Positions 22,312-33,537 of a stretch of DNA of 64,000 nt are shown piece after piece. Numbering within the stretch: position 1 is the stretch's first letter; every line of letters starts with the position of its first letter. A model generated the notes under the pieces. That model saw only the letters and a program-made list of their open reading frames with translations, was not told the origin of the DNA and made no database searches. The translations under genes and the position numbers were made by a program. The DNA comes from Rebecca billardiae RCC1528 (taxonomy: Eukaryota > Protista > Haptophyta), in the NCBI GenBank assembly GCA_965240325.2, contig OZ251227.1, positions 1,178,001 through 1,242,000 on the forward strand, read 5' to 3'.

Positions 22312-22642
22312 GGCGCGGCCGCCTGAGCGCCTGCTGTGCCTCGGAGCGCAGAGAAGGCGCCCGCCAGGGTGGCCTTCGCGATGCACGGGACAGTACGACG
22401 TGCCAAATCCGGGCAACCTTCCGGCGTTCAGTGATGCCGAAGTCCGGATCGCCATCAGTCTGGAAGCTGGAAGGCAGCGTCCGACGCCAGCTCACTGCTC
22501 CGAAGTCCGACCTCGCCAGCAGGCAGGGCGGAGGAGCTCTCCTGCTCAGCGAGCCTAGCGGCAGCGCTAGGCCGCGCGGGCTGCGGGCAGTCGCTCGCGG
22601 GGGGAACAGCGCTTAGCGTGCGTGTCCGTGTCAGCCGCCATT

Positions 22643-25262
22643 ATGGGTACTACGCGCAAACTCCAGTCCGAGATCGACCGCACCCTCAAGAAGGTGCAGG
22701 AGGGGGTCGAGCTCTTTGACGAGATCTGGAACAAGGTTTATTCGGCGACTAACGCCAACCAGAAGGAGAAGTACGAGGCCGACCTGAAGAAGGAGATCAA
22801 GAAGCTGCAGCGGTACCGTGACGACATCAAGACCTGGATCGCCAAGTCGGACATCAAGGACAAGCGGCCGCTCACCGACGCGCGCAAGGCCATCGAGGCT
22901 GAGATGGAACGATTCAAGGTGTGCGAGAAGGAGTTCAAGACGAAGGCGTTCTCCAAAGAGGGCCTCGGCCAGGCGCGCAAGGAGGACCCGAAGGAGGCGG
23001 AGCGCAACAAGACGCGCAAGTGGCTCACCACCGCCCTCTCCTCGCTGCAGGACCAGATCGACGCGCTCGAGGCCGAGATCGAGGCGATGGGCGGCAAGGC
23101 GAAGAAGGGCAAGGGCGCAAAGACGGCGGAGGACCTGGAGGGCTGGGTGGAGAAGCACCGGCTGCACGAGCGGCGGGTGGAGCAGATCCTGCGCATGATC
23201 GACAACGAGACGCTCCTCCCCGAGCAGGCCAACGGCATCCAGGACCAGCTCGAGTACTACCTCGAGTCCAACCAGGACCCGGACTTTGCGGACGACGAGG
23301 GCATGTACGACGACCTCGGGCTGGACGACCTGCCCGAGGAGCGCGACGAGGACGAGGAGGACGAGGACGAGCAGGAGAAGGTGAAGGACGAGCCCCCGCC
23401 GCCCCCCGAGAAGGAGAAGAAGAGCAAGAAGGACAAGGAGGACAAGAAGGCGGAGAAGGAGAGCGCCGCGGCCGCCAAGAAGGCCAAGCAGAAGGAGGAG
23501 GCAGCCGCCGCCGCCGCCGCCAAGGCGGCGGCGAAGCAGCCGGTGGCGGCGGCGGCGAAGGCGGCGACGCCGGCGAAGACGGCTGCCGCCGCCGTCGCCG
23601 CGTCGCCCGCCCGGCCCGCCAAGGCCAGCGGGCCGGCCCCCCCGACAGCGGCCGCGGCCGTGGTCGCAGGCGCGACGGCCGCGCAGGTTGCGCGCGGCGT
23701 TGCAGGGCGCGGAGTCGGCGCGGCCGGCGCGAATCAGCCGACAGCGGCGGCGGTGGTGAGCGCACGCGGGACGACGGAGGAGGCCAAATTCGCCGCGGTC
23801 GCGGCGAAGGGTGCCGCTGCGGCCGCGCAGCCCTCCGCGGCCGCCATCCTGCAGCAGCAGGCGCGCGTGGCGCCGGATGCAGCCGACGCGGCCGCGCGGC
23901 CGTCCGCGGCTGCGCCGCCCGCCGGGAACTCGTGGGGCGTGCCGCTCAGGCCGTCGGCGGGTCCGCAGGCGCAGGCTGGCCCGGCGACACAGCCGCCGCA
24001 GCCTCCACCGCCACCACCGCCGCACATGCACGCCGCCGCCGAGGCGACCGCGAGCATGCGCGGCGCCGCGCAGGGCAAGGTGGCTGCGGCGGCGGCCGCG
24101 GCCGCGGCGCAGCCGCCGCCTCCGCAGCAGCTGGAGGCCGCGAGCATGGCGGCGCAGCCGCAGCTGGCGCAGCAGCTGGAGGGCGCTGACCGATCGCACT
24201 GGTCAGCTCCCTCCGAGCCGCCGCACGCCGCGCCGGACAGCGCGTCCCGCGCGGAGGAGAGCGCGGCCTTGTCGTCCCTCCTCGAGGGGGCCGCGGCCGC
24301 GCAGTCGGCCGCGGGCGGCGCGGCTGCGAGCGGCGCTGACGGCTGGCTCAAGGGGCTCGCCCAGGGCCAGCTTTCGGGGCAAAAGCCCGGCGAGGACGCG
24401 GTGGTGGTGGGCGGGATGCCCTCCGAGGATGTGGCGCGCGCACAGGCCGTACAGCCGCCCGCTGGACTGCTCATGGGCGCGGACAGGCGCATGGGTGGCG
24501 GCGCGGGCGCGAGCGGCGCCGGTGCGGTGATGGGCGGCGGCGCTGTGGATGGCGGCGCGAGGATGGATGACACGAGCGCGCGGCTGCGCGCGCTCGAGAG
24601 CAGCCTGCGCAACATCCCGGTACGCCCCGTGTCCATGCGCGCCTGCCATGCGCGCGCGGGCGCCCAGCTTCGCGCGCTCACCCCAGCTCTCCTCGCGCAC
24701 ACGCGCGCGCGCCTGCCGGCCGCCCCTCGGTGCCCCGCGCGTCTCTGCGCGCAGGACCTGCGAGACTCCGAGCGGCCCAAGGCGTATGTGCCGCGCAACC
24801 CGTACCCGACGCCGGGCTCGTTCCCGCAGACGCCCGCGCCGGTGTTCGATTTCCCCTCGATCTTCGAGAAGTTCGACACGGACACGCTCTTCTTCATCTT
24901 CTACTACCAGCAGGGCACTTACCAGCAGTACCTGGCGGCGCGGGAGCTGAAGAAGCAGTCGTGGTGCGCGCGGCGCGCGTGCGCGCGTGGCGCTCTGCGC
25001 GGTGGAAAGCCGCCCCGCGATGTTCCGCCGACGGGTGGCGCTCACGTGAACACGCGCGCGCCCGATGCCCCATTCCGGCCGCAGGCGGTACCACAAGAAG
25101 TACCTCACCTGGTTCCAGCGGCACGAGGAGCCCAAGGTGACGACAGACGAGTACGAGCAGGGCACGTACGTCTACTTCGACTACGAGACAGGCTGGTGCC
25201 AGCGCATCAAGACGGACTTCACCTTCGAGTACGGCTACCTGGAGGACGAGCTCAACGCCTGA
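22643..25262 (+). CDS. CNOT3: CCR4-NOT complex subunit NOT3/5; exons 22643..24619, 24755..24963 and 25085..25262
   Basis: N-terminal [17 protein letters not shown]...[20 protein letters not shown]; C-terminal NOT box [28 protein letters not shown]|[16 protein letters not shown] after splicing. Confidence 0.96.
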
Positions 25263-25913
25263 GCGGTGTTTGGGGCGTGTGCGCGTGCCGCAGGAATTGT
25301 TGAGGAAAGCCCTGCAGCTTGACCGTGCTCCCGCCGGACCGCGTGCGGCGTGCCCGCCTCAGCCTGGCACTGAGTAGAATCATTATCCGCAACTGACTAG
25401 AGTGACTAGACGCCACTCGCCAGGCCCAGACGCCGACTACGGTGAACGTCAACGTCGGGTGCCGCTCCGTGGGATCCGCGTCGTGCCTCAGATATGTACA
25501 TACAGCAGTGCGTGTATACATACATACATATATATATATGTATATATATATATATACTACGATAACGGATCCGCATATAGAATCATCATCGTCATCATCG
25601 GGAGCGGACTCTCCGGGCCACGGCCCCTGGACGGAGCCGCGGCGGCGGCCTGCGCGGGCGGCGTAGCCGCCGGCGCCTCCGCCTCGACGCCCGCATCACG
25701 CCAGTCCCGTCCGCGAGCGAGTCCGGGGCCGAACGCCCGTGAGCGGTGGTGTCATCAGATCAAAGTGATCACCAGACGCGATGACCAGGTATCGCACCAG
25801 GTCCAGCATGAGCAGGGGCCGGCCGGGACCAGGCCCTGTGCCTGACAGTGGCCAGTGGGAGAGCTGCCGACTTGTAGGTGGCACATGGTGCCTGGTCGGC
25901 AGAAAGTGGCCCC

Positions 25914-26831
25914 TCAGTGCCTCGGCGCCCCGGGCTTCGCGCCGGCCTTGCCCGGCGGCACCGCCGCGCTCGCGCCGCGCGGGTTCGCCACACCCACCGT
26001 CGCCTTGCTCCGGTTGCGCACAGCCTCCTGGTGGCTGTATTTGCGGAACTGATCGTACGCGGACCATTGCACCATCGGGTAAAGGTGCCCGTTGCTCTCG
26101 AGGAAGGTGCGCTCGACGGCGGTGAGCTGGCAGCCGCCCTCGGGGAACATCTTGCCGCCTTCCTGCCACTCGAGCGCGAAGATGTCGAACATTGTCATGT
26201 GCATCTGCATCTGCAAGTGGTGATACTCGTTCGAGACGATCAGCAGCAGCTGGCTCGACACCTTCTCGCTCAGCTCCTTGCACAGCTTGGCGTGGATCGC
26301 CTCGAGCACGGCGCCGACGGTGGCGCCGCGCCGCGCGCGCACTGAGCCGCGGTAGAACTGGTTGCCCAGCAGCTTTTTCGCCGCCTCGTTCCGAAAGATG
26401 TACGCCAGCTCGATCTCCTCCTCCTTGGCGCGCTGCTGCTGCTCGAGCACCTCCTTGAGCCGCTCCTGCTGCTGCTTCGCCGCCGTCTCCTTCTCGGCCG
26501 CACTCTTGGCGAGGAAGGACGTGTCGACGCCGGGAGCCTTCATCGTGCGTTTCGCGACGGGCGCGTCCACTGCCCTGTCCTCGCCGTCCTCCTCCTCCTC
26601 GTCTCCGAACGAGAGGCCAACCGTCTTGACCTGCTTGTCCTTCTTGCGCCGCTTCTTCACTGCGGGCGACTCGTCGCGGGACAAGCCTACGGCCGCCGCG
26701 ACGCTCGACACGACAGACTTGGCTGCTGCATCGGAGGCGAGCTCCTCCTTCCTCTTCTTGTACTCCGCGAGAGGGACATAGCCCACAAACTTCTCCGCCT
26801 CGCCGTCGCCCTTCGAGGCTCCAGACGCCAT
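25914..26831 (-). CDS. FAM50A: FAM50/XAP5-family nuclear protein (divergent)
   Basis: KKRRKK..LSF.DEEE, PGVDTSFL, a coiled coil, EEIELAY and C-terminal VERTFLESNGHLYP..QW follow the XAP5 motif order. Confidence 0.7.
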   Translation of the reverse strand: MASGASKGDGEAEKFVGYVPLAEYKKRKEELASDAAAKSVVSSVAAAVGLSRDESPAVKKRRKKDKQVKTVGLSFGDEEEEDGEDRAVDAPVAKRTMKAPGVDTSFLAKSAAEKETAAKQQQERLKEVLEQQQRAKEEEIELAYIFRNEAAKKLLGNQFYRGSVRARRGATVGAVLEAIHAKLCKELSEKVSSQLLLIVSNEYHHLQMQMHMTMFDIFALEWQEGGKMFPEGGCQLTAVERTFLESNGHLYPMVQWSAYDQFRKYSHQEAVRNRSKATVGVANPRGASAAVPPGKAGAKPGAPRH

Positions 26832-27075
26832 GATCGAATGCTTCGTCCGCTTGCCGTGGGCAGTCTCGTCCGGACTGCACAAGTGCAGCGGTCCTGGACG
26901 ACTCTGGCCAGGATGAGTAAAACGACCGTTTAGAGGTTAATTACAGGCGTTACCCACTGCCATACTTGATGTGAACGATGATGATCTGACTGGATCTGAC
27001 GACTCGGGCACGTGCCAACGACGTGTTATCCCGTTTTTCGACAAGCCGGCCACGTGCACCGGCGCCCAGGCGGCC

Positions 27076-28053
27076 ATGGACTACGGCGGCGGCATACAGG
27101 TTCCGGCGGAAGTGGCGCGTCTGATGGCACTGGCAGAGGCCGGGGACACCACTGGCGTTGTCGCTCACCTCGCGTCCACGCCTGGCATCTCAATTCACGC
27201 GCGCGGCGAGGACGGAGACACGGCGCTGCATCTGTCCGCGCTGCATGGCCATGCGGAACTCTCGATGCTGTGCCTGGACAGGGGCGCCGACGTGAACGCG
27301 CGGGATGAGGACATGAGCACGCCCCTGCACGATGCTTCGGCTGGCGGCTATCTGGACATCGTGCGCGCGCTCCTCGAATACCGGGCTGACGTGCACGCGA
27401 TCGACTCGGACGGCGACTCGCCTCTCCATCATGCATGCAACGGAAACCATGCGCACGTGGCCGCGCTGCTAGTGAGGGCCGGCGCCAACTTGGGCGCTGC
27501 GAACGGCATGGGCATGTCACCACTTTCCCTCGCCACGGAGCCGGCCGTGCAGGCAGCATGCGAGGAGGCGCAGCGCGCCATGGCATCGGAGCCCGCAGCT
27601 GCAGCTGTCTCTGGCCGACGCATCATCCGTGCCAAGCGACCCGAGCGCAACGCCGAGGCCAACGCCATGCAGATGCCGCCACCGCCACCGCGTGCAATGC
27701 CGGGGCCCACTCTGTCGAGCATTGGCCGACGACCGTCGTGCCCCGAGATGCAGCCCGCTGTCGCATCCCCGCCCGCTTCGGCTGCGAGCGTGCACGCGGC
27801 TGAGCAGGCGGCCGCCGCCGCCGCTGCCGCAGCAGCAGACCCGGGCCTGGGGAGCATCCCACCCGAGCAGCTCCAGATGCTGCTTTCTAGCCAGCAGCTC
27901 TCGCAGGCGCTGTCCAACCCGCGGCTGCTTGACGCGATGCGTGAGTCGATGGCCACGCCTGGAGGCCTCGAGGCGCGGAGCCAGGCAGACCCGGAATTTG
28001 CCGCCTTTGTCGCGCAGTTCCGCGAATCAGCCGCGCACATGATGCTTCAGTAA
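27076..28053 (+). CDS. Ankyrin-repeat protein with C-terminal STI1-like domain
   Basis: About four ANK repeats (GDTALHLS, STPLHDAS, GDSPLHHA, GMSPL); C-terminal LSQALSNPRLLDAM...DPEF. Confidence 0.85.
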   Translation: MDYGGGIQVPAEVARLMALAEAGDTTGVVAHLASTPGISIHARGEDGDTALHLSALHGHAELSMLCLDRGADVNARDEDMSTPLHDASAGGYLDIVRALLEYRADVHAIDSDGDSPLHHACNGNHAHVAALLVRAGANLGAANGMGMSPLSLATEPAVQAACEEAQRAMASEPAAAAVSGRRIIRAKRPERNAEANAMQMPPPPPRAMPGPTLSSIGRRPSCPEMQPAVASPPASAASVHAAEQAAAAAAAAAADPGLGSIPPEQLQMLLSSQQLSQALSNPRLLDAMRESMATPGGLEARSQADPEFAAFVAQFRESAAHMMLQ

Positions 28054-28552
28054 GGTTCCAACCATCATTATGGACGAGGGTCGGAGGCTCCGGCTTCGGT
28101 CCACCATCCCCAGCTAGTCTGGTCAATGGAGGGTAGTATAACAGCTACTATAATTAATCTGACAGTCTCAGTGCGATCAGCGCCGACACTCCGCGGGGCA
28201 CGGCGGAATGTCTGATTTCGGAATGACTGATCTGACTGACTACTACTTTAATTATTGTTAATAATAAATTCTTCTAGCCCGAATCTACTACTAGAATAAC
28301 TTCTACTAGCGCCTGTAAGTAGCTACGGTCGTACCGTAGACGTAGTCATGTCATCAATGGTCTAGAGTCAGAATTTATTTATCGAATTAATCGGTGGGGC
28401 GGTCTTAAATCAATATCTGCGCGCCGGACTCAGGCAGTGCCGTCGGGCGTCGGCCGTCACCGCCTGCGGCAGCCCGGCAGGCGAAACCGCGATTCAACGG
28501 GTCGTGTCACAGAAAGAAAAGACAAACAAACGCGTGCTGGCCGGTGCAGATG

Positions 28553-30915
28553 TCACCGTGGCATGGCTCCAGGTTGAGCCCCCCCAGGCTGCGACTGCAT
28601 CGGCGTCGCGCCGCCACCAAACGTTCCGGCCCCGAACCCCTGCGTCGAGCCGATCGTCGACGCGTACAATGACTGCGGTGGCCCCATGCCGCCGTAGCCG
28701 ACGCCATAGCCGCTGCCGTAGCCAGCGCCGCTGCCGTATGGACCGGTCGCGCCACCGAGCTGCAGCGAGCCAAACCCAAAACCCCCGCCGCCGCCGAGCG
28801 ACGGGCCCTGCATCCCAGGGTAGAAGGCGGGGTTCGCACCGGCTGGCATCGAAGAGGAGAAGCCCTGCGGCGAGAGCTGCTGGCCCGAAGGCCTCGGCAC
28901 CTCTTGCCTCGGCATGGAGCGCGCCAGCTGCTCGTACTGCTGCTGGTGCAGCGCGAGCTGCTGCCGCTGCTGCATCAGCTGCATCTGCTCGACCTGCAGC
29001 CGGACCATCGCCTGGTGCTGCCTGGCGAGCTGGTCCTGCTGCTGCAGCTGCTGACGCAGCTCCGACTGCATCGGTGCGGCCGGGGAGGGCGCAAGCGATG
29101 TCGCGAGCATCGGCTGCCCCCACGCGGCCGCGAGCTGCTGCTGCTGCGCCTGCGCCGCCAGCAGCTGGGCCAGCTGCGTTTGGTGCTGCGGGCTCGGCGT
29201 GTGCAGCTCGGGCAGCTGGAACTGCTGTGAGCTCGCCAGCCGCTGGGCGAGGCGCTCGCGCGGGTCCATTTTGGGCGTGCGCTCGCTGCCCGTCGGTGCC
29301 GCCGGCGGTGCCCGCTGATCCGCCTGCTGCCCGAGCACGCCGCCCCCGCGCACCGCTGGGAGCGACGGCGCTAGTGACTCGGCGGCGCTCATCGGGCGTG
29401 ACTCGATGATGTCGTCGTCAGCGGCGTCGCGATCCTTCTTCTTGTCCTTCTTCTTATCCTTCTTGTCCTTTTTGCCACCGTCGCGGTCCTCCCCCTTGTC
29501 CTTCTTGTCCTTCTTGTCCTTCTTGCCAGTCCCGTCCTTGTCCTTAGCGGGCGCGGCAGGCTCGTCCTCCTCCTCGGCTCCGGCAGCGGGCTCCTCCTCG
29601 CCGCCCTTGCCCTTCTTGTCCTTCTTGTCCTTCTTGTCCTTCTTCCCGTCCTTTTTGTCCTTTTTGTCCTTCTTGTCCTTCTTGTCTTTCCGCACGCCCT
29701 CGGCCGGGCCATCGCCGATCGCCGACGCGGGCGGGCTGGCCATCTCGGACGGCGCAGCACTCAGGTTGGCGGCATCGACGTCGCCGCCCGCGCCGCCGCT
29801 GCTGCCAGGACTGTGCTCGGCTGTCTGCGGCGGCTGCTCAGCCGTCGGCGGCGGCATCTCGAAGGTCTGCGCGGCACCGAAGGCCGCCTGCTGCTCGCTC
29901 TCGAGCGCGAGCGCCTGCAGCTGCGCCACCGCCATCGCCGCCTGCTGCGCCGCCATGCCCGCGTCGGGCGGCATGCCGTACACCGGCGGCATGTGCTCCG
30001 GCTCGACTCGGCTCGTGACCGCGTGCATCGCCCGGAGGAGGCTCTCCATCGACGACTCGAGGTTGGCCCAGTGGTCGACGAGGCGGCGGCGCGCGATGAA
30101 GCCGCGCGCGATGCGCTGGATGTGCAGCGCCGCCACGTACTTCCGATCCTCCTTCTCCTCCGCCTGCCGCATCTGCGCCTCGACCGCCGTGCGCCGCTCG
30201 TCGTGCAGCTTGTTCTGCGCGCTCGTCACAGCGTCTGTGAACTTGGCGTGCGCGCGCATGTTGGAGAGGGCGGCCTTGGCGTGCTCGGAGACCTGCTGGT
30301 CGCTGGAGCGCGAAAGCTCGTCGAGCACCACGAGCATCTCGTTCAAGTCGCCGCGCTCGAGCGAGCTCGGGTCGAGCAGCAGGTTCTGCAGCAGGGAGAC
30401 GCAGTACTGCTGCGTCGCGGGCCGAGGCACGCGATTCGCCGCGTCGAGGACGACCTGCACGGCGAGGCGGGCGTAGCGGCGCCGGGCGCGACGGGCGCAC
30501 GGACGGTGACGTGAGATGCGCGTGCGCACACACCCACGCCAGGGCGGCCGGGCAGCTCGGTTCTTGCCCCCCCCCGGTGGGGCGCGCACTGGCATGGCTG
30601 CAGCGGGCGGCGCACCTCGAGTCCGCCATGCGCGTGGATCGCGCTGATCCCGCCGAAGAAGGCGAGGTTCGTGAGGCTCGAGAGCACGAGGTTGACGAGG
30701 TACGCGTCGATACTCGGCTGCGCCAGGTACCTGCGCAGCATGTTCACCAGCTGCAGCACGACGCCCTCCTTCTCACACAGCCGGAGCAGCTCGACCCCCT
30801 TCTGGTCGTCGACCTCGGCGAGCAGCTTGGTCAGATCGAGCAGGGCCTCGCGCTGGAGGTCCTGGCGAGGGGAGAGGAGCCGCTTCTTTAGGTCCTTGAC
30901 CTTTCGTGCGTACAT
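28553..30915 (-). CDS. ARM-like helical domain + IQ motif + (KKD)n tract + Gln/Gly-rich tail; exons 30915..30616 and 30454..28553
   Basis: Intron 30455..30615 (GTGCGC...TGCAG) joins HGGLE|VVLDAA in frame. IQ motif LHIQRIARGFIARRR. KKD repeats at ~29430-29690. Confidence 0.8.
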
Positions 30916-31179
30916 CGCGGCGCCCGCCGCACGCAGCCGCTGGGGCTGCGCGGCGATGGAGCACGGTTGGGCGGATGCCGGGGGCCTCCAAGCGGCCAAG
31001 ACCGTCAATGGCCACCCGGCACGTCCAGGGATCTGAGCCCTGATTGGCAGAGCCGTGAAACAGAACACACATTTTAGATAGTATTTTACCACCGACCGCT
31101 CGTACCCCCATCCTGTAGGCCGGCTTGCCCAGCGCGGTACTTCACCTCCACACAACGATGGAGTCGGGCCAATCGCGCG

Positions 31180-32658
31180 ATGGCCGTGGATGCGCACGAT
31201 GATGTCGTGGCTCTCCTTGCGAGTGCTTTGCGCGCCGCTGACGAGCGGCCGCGTCCTGCGCCACAGCTTGACCTCCTACGCGCCCGTCGGGCGCTCCGCC
31301 TCAGCCGCGCGGCCGCCAACGACCCCGAGCGCGACGCGGCATGCCGGCGGCTCGTCGCCGATGCGCTGGACGACGTGACCGGCGACACGGGCCGGGTGCA
31401 CCGGTTCGACGCCGAGCGAGTGTACACCCTGTCCCTCGAGCTTCTGCACTCGGATGCACTGCGACGGCCCATCGTCGACCGCGCCCCGGCGTTGCTCGCC
31501 GCGCTGGCGCCGACACGTTCTGGCGCCGACGACGAGCGGCTGCACGCCCTCTGCGAGCTGTGCGCAGCCGCTGTTGAGTGCCTCGCGCACACAGGCGACG
31601 AGCCCGAACCGGCGCGCAAGCAGCGTTCACGCTCGCCCGTGGACGACGCCGAGCAGCTGATCCTTGACGAGCTCATGCGCTTGGCGCATGTCCTCCCCGA
31701 ATGTGCTGCGTGCATCGGCGCGAGCCCGTCCGTCGAAGTGGCCGCTGCGTATGCCGCACTGCTGGGCGCGTGGAGCCGCCTCCCGGGTGAGGCGATGGGA
31801 GTGAGCGCCGTCGTCATCGAAGCGACGACGCGCTATGTCCGCGCTGCGCGCGCGAACCTGCGCCTGCCCGGCACAAAGCCCGCCCACGCACTCGAGGCGA
31901 GCGCAGCCAGGGTCACTCAACGCCGCCTAGCACTAAGTTGCATCGTGGCGCTCGAGCGCGCGCGGCCAGCGCTCGCCGCGGCGGAAGTCCAGGAGCCCGC
32001 GCTCGAAGCGCGCGCGAATCTGCTCGGCGCGCAGATGCGGGGGCTCTGGCTGCTTGGATGGGCGGAGTGCTCGCCGTCGGAGTGCCCCTTCCGCTCGGCC
32101 ATGCGTCAGCTGGTGGACTTATGCCTCGGCGACGACGCGTCTCTGCTGCAGCTGCTCCGCTCGGCCCTTGGCCTGTGGCGGGATGCCTCCGGACTCACAA
32201 GCCGCGTCGGCTTCTGTGCACGCGACGCGGAGGCGTGGCGACAAGCTCTCTGCCCATTCCGCCTGTTCGCCGAGCTCGCCACCGCGATCGGTCACGACCA
32301 CGCGCTCGTGATCGACTGGCTGGGCGCGCCCGAGACAGGCACGAGCTGCATTGCCTATCTGCTCGCGCTCTGCCGTGCCGCGGAGGCGGCTGCTGGCAGT
32401 GCGGCGGAGCTCGGGGGACAGACGGTGCAGGTGGCGCTCGCGTCAGGCGATGATGGTGAGGATGATGAGGCCATGGGCATCACGCGACTGATTGGTCGCA
32501 TCGCCACAGCTCTAGAGCGGCTGGGTGCGGCCGGCGCGCTCGCCTACAACGGGGCTCCGCTCGTGCGGCGGCTCAGACGTGCAGCGGCTGTGGGAGTCTC
32601 CGTCTGGGCTCGTCTGCTCGCGCCCACTCGCACTCTGACTACAGTGTTGGCACCATGA
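31180..32658 (+). CDS. LINS1: Lines (LINS1)-like protein
   Basis: DDASLLQLL, CPFRLF...IGHDHALVIDWLGAPET and LAYNGAPLVRRL resemble the Lines N and C motifs (DD.L; P..F....I.FD..VL.D.L.S.ET; FPYN...L.R.L). Confidence 0.7.
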   Translation: MAVDAHDDVVALLASALRAADERPRPAPQLDLLRARRALRLSRAAANDPERDAACRRLVADALDDVTGDTGRVHRFDAERVYTLSLELLHSDALRRPIVDRAPALLAALAPTRSGADDERLHALCELCAAAVECLAHTGDEPEPARKQRSRSPVDDAEQLILDELMRLAHVLPECAACIGASPSVEVAAAYAALLGAWSRLPGEAMGVSAVVIEATTRYVRAARANLRLPGTKPAHALEASAARVTQRRLALSCIVALERARPALAAAEVQEPALEARANLLGAQMRGLWLLGWAECSPSECPFRSAMRQLVDLCLGDDASLLQLLRSALGLWRDASGLTSRVGFCARDAEAWRQALCPFRLFAELATAIGHDHALVIDWLGAPETGTSCIAYLLALCRAAEAAAGSAAELGGQTVQVALASGDDGEDDEAMGITRLIGRIATALERLGAAGALAYNGAPLVRRLRRAAAVGVSVWARLLAPTRTLTTVLAP

Positions 32659-33537
32659 GCATCCTCGGGCCACGACCGGACCAGCGGCGGTGAGCAAGCG
32701 CGCGGCGTTTGCCATCGATACAAGTCGTCTGACCCGAGCAGGGTGGACCCGGCGGTGCGGCGGCGGCCAAGAGGCAGCAGCGGTCCCAGACCCAGTGCCG
32801 CCGCCATCAGTGGCAATGCGCAGACCGTTGCGCTGACGACGACGTCTGCCGTTGGATGACGTACGCCGTGACGGTGACTCCGAGGGACTACGCTGGATGT
32901 GCCAATAAGCGCAGGTCCACGCGCACGTGGCACGGCCACTGGCTACGACGGACCGCCTTTAGAGTTTATAGTCCGCGGCAGGGCGGACCAGTGCGCGGCC
33001 CGCAGTCACATAGTATTCTGTCGTAGTATTACCGCCGCCCGCCGGATGCGATCGGCCGATGACAATGCTAGCAGTTGCTAATAAGCTACTACCTCTGCTA
33101 CTTCTCGTCGCATCGCAGTGCTCGTCAGTCGCGTGTGGACCGAACCTGGACTCGGTCTAACTCTAAGGGATCAGACGGCCGAGTCGTGTGTCACGTGTCA
33201 CCGACATCCGTATCACATCCGATCGCGTCAGTAGTCGCGTCGTCATCGTCGCCATATCGTCGTCATCCGTCGGCATCGATCATGACGACATCATCATATC
33301 AGCATATATGATGTCATCTGTCTGCATCCGCGAGTGGCGCCAGTCAGGATGCATCAATGATCACGGACTACAGTATGGATCGTCTATGCATGATCCCACT
33401 ATGATCCCGTGTCGTGACTGCAGCCGCAGCCGAGGCAGCAGTTGCCACCGCGGCCCGTGCTTGCCGGCTCAAAGTCCGCCCCACCGCCACCAGCTTGCGA
33501 GTTGCGGCTGCGTCTTGGTTCCTCGTGAAATTCTGGC

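Noticed and set aside
24620-24754. Stop-free 135-nt CNOT3 intron as regulated intron retention
   Set aside because: Stop-free 3n introns are expected by chance at this GC content.
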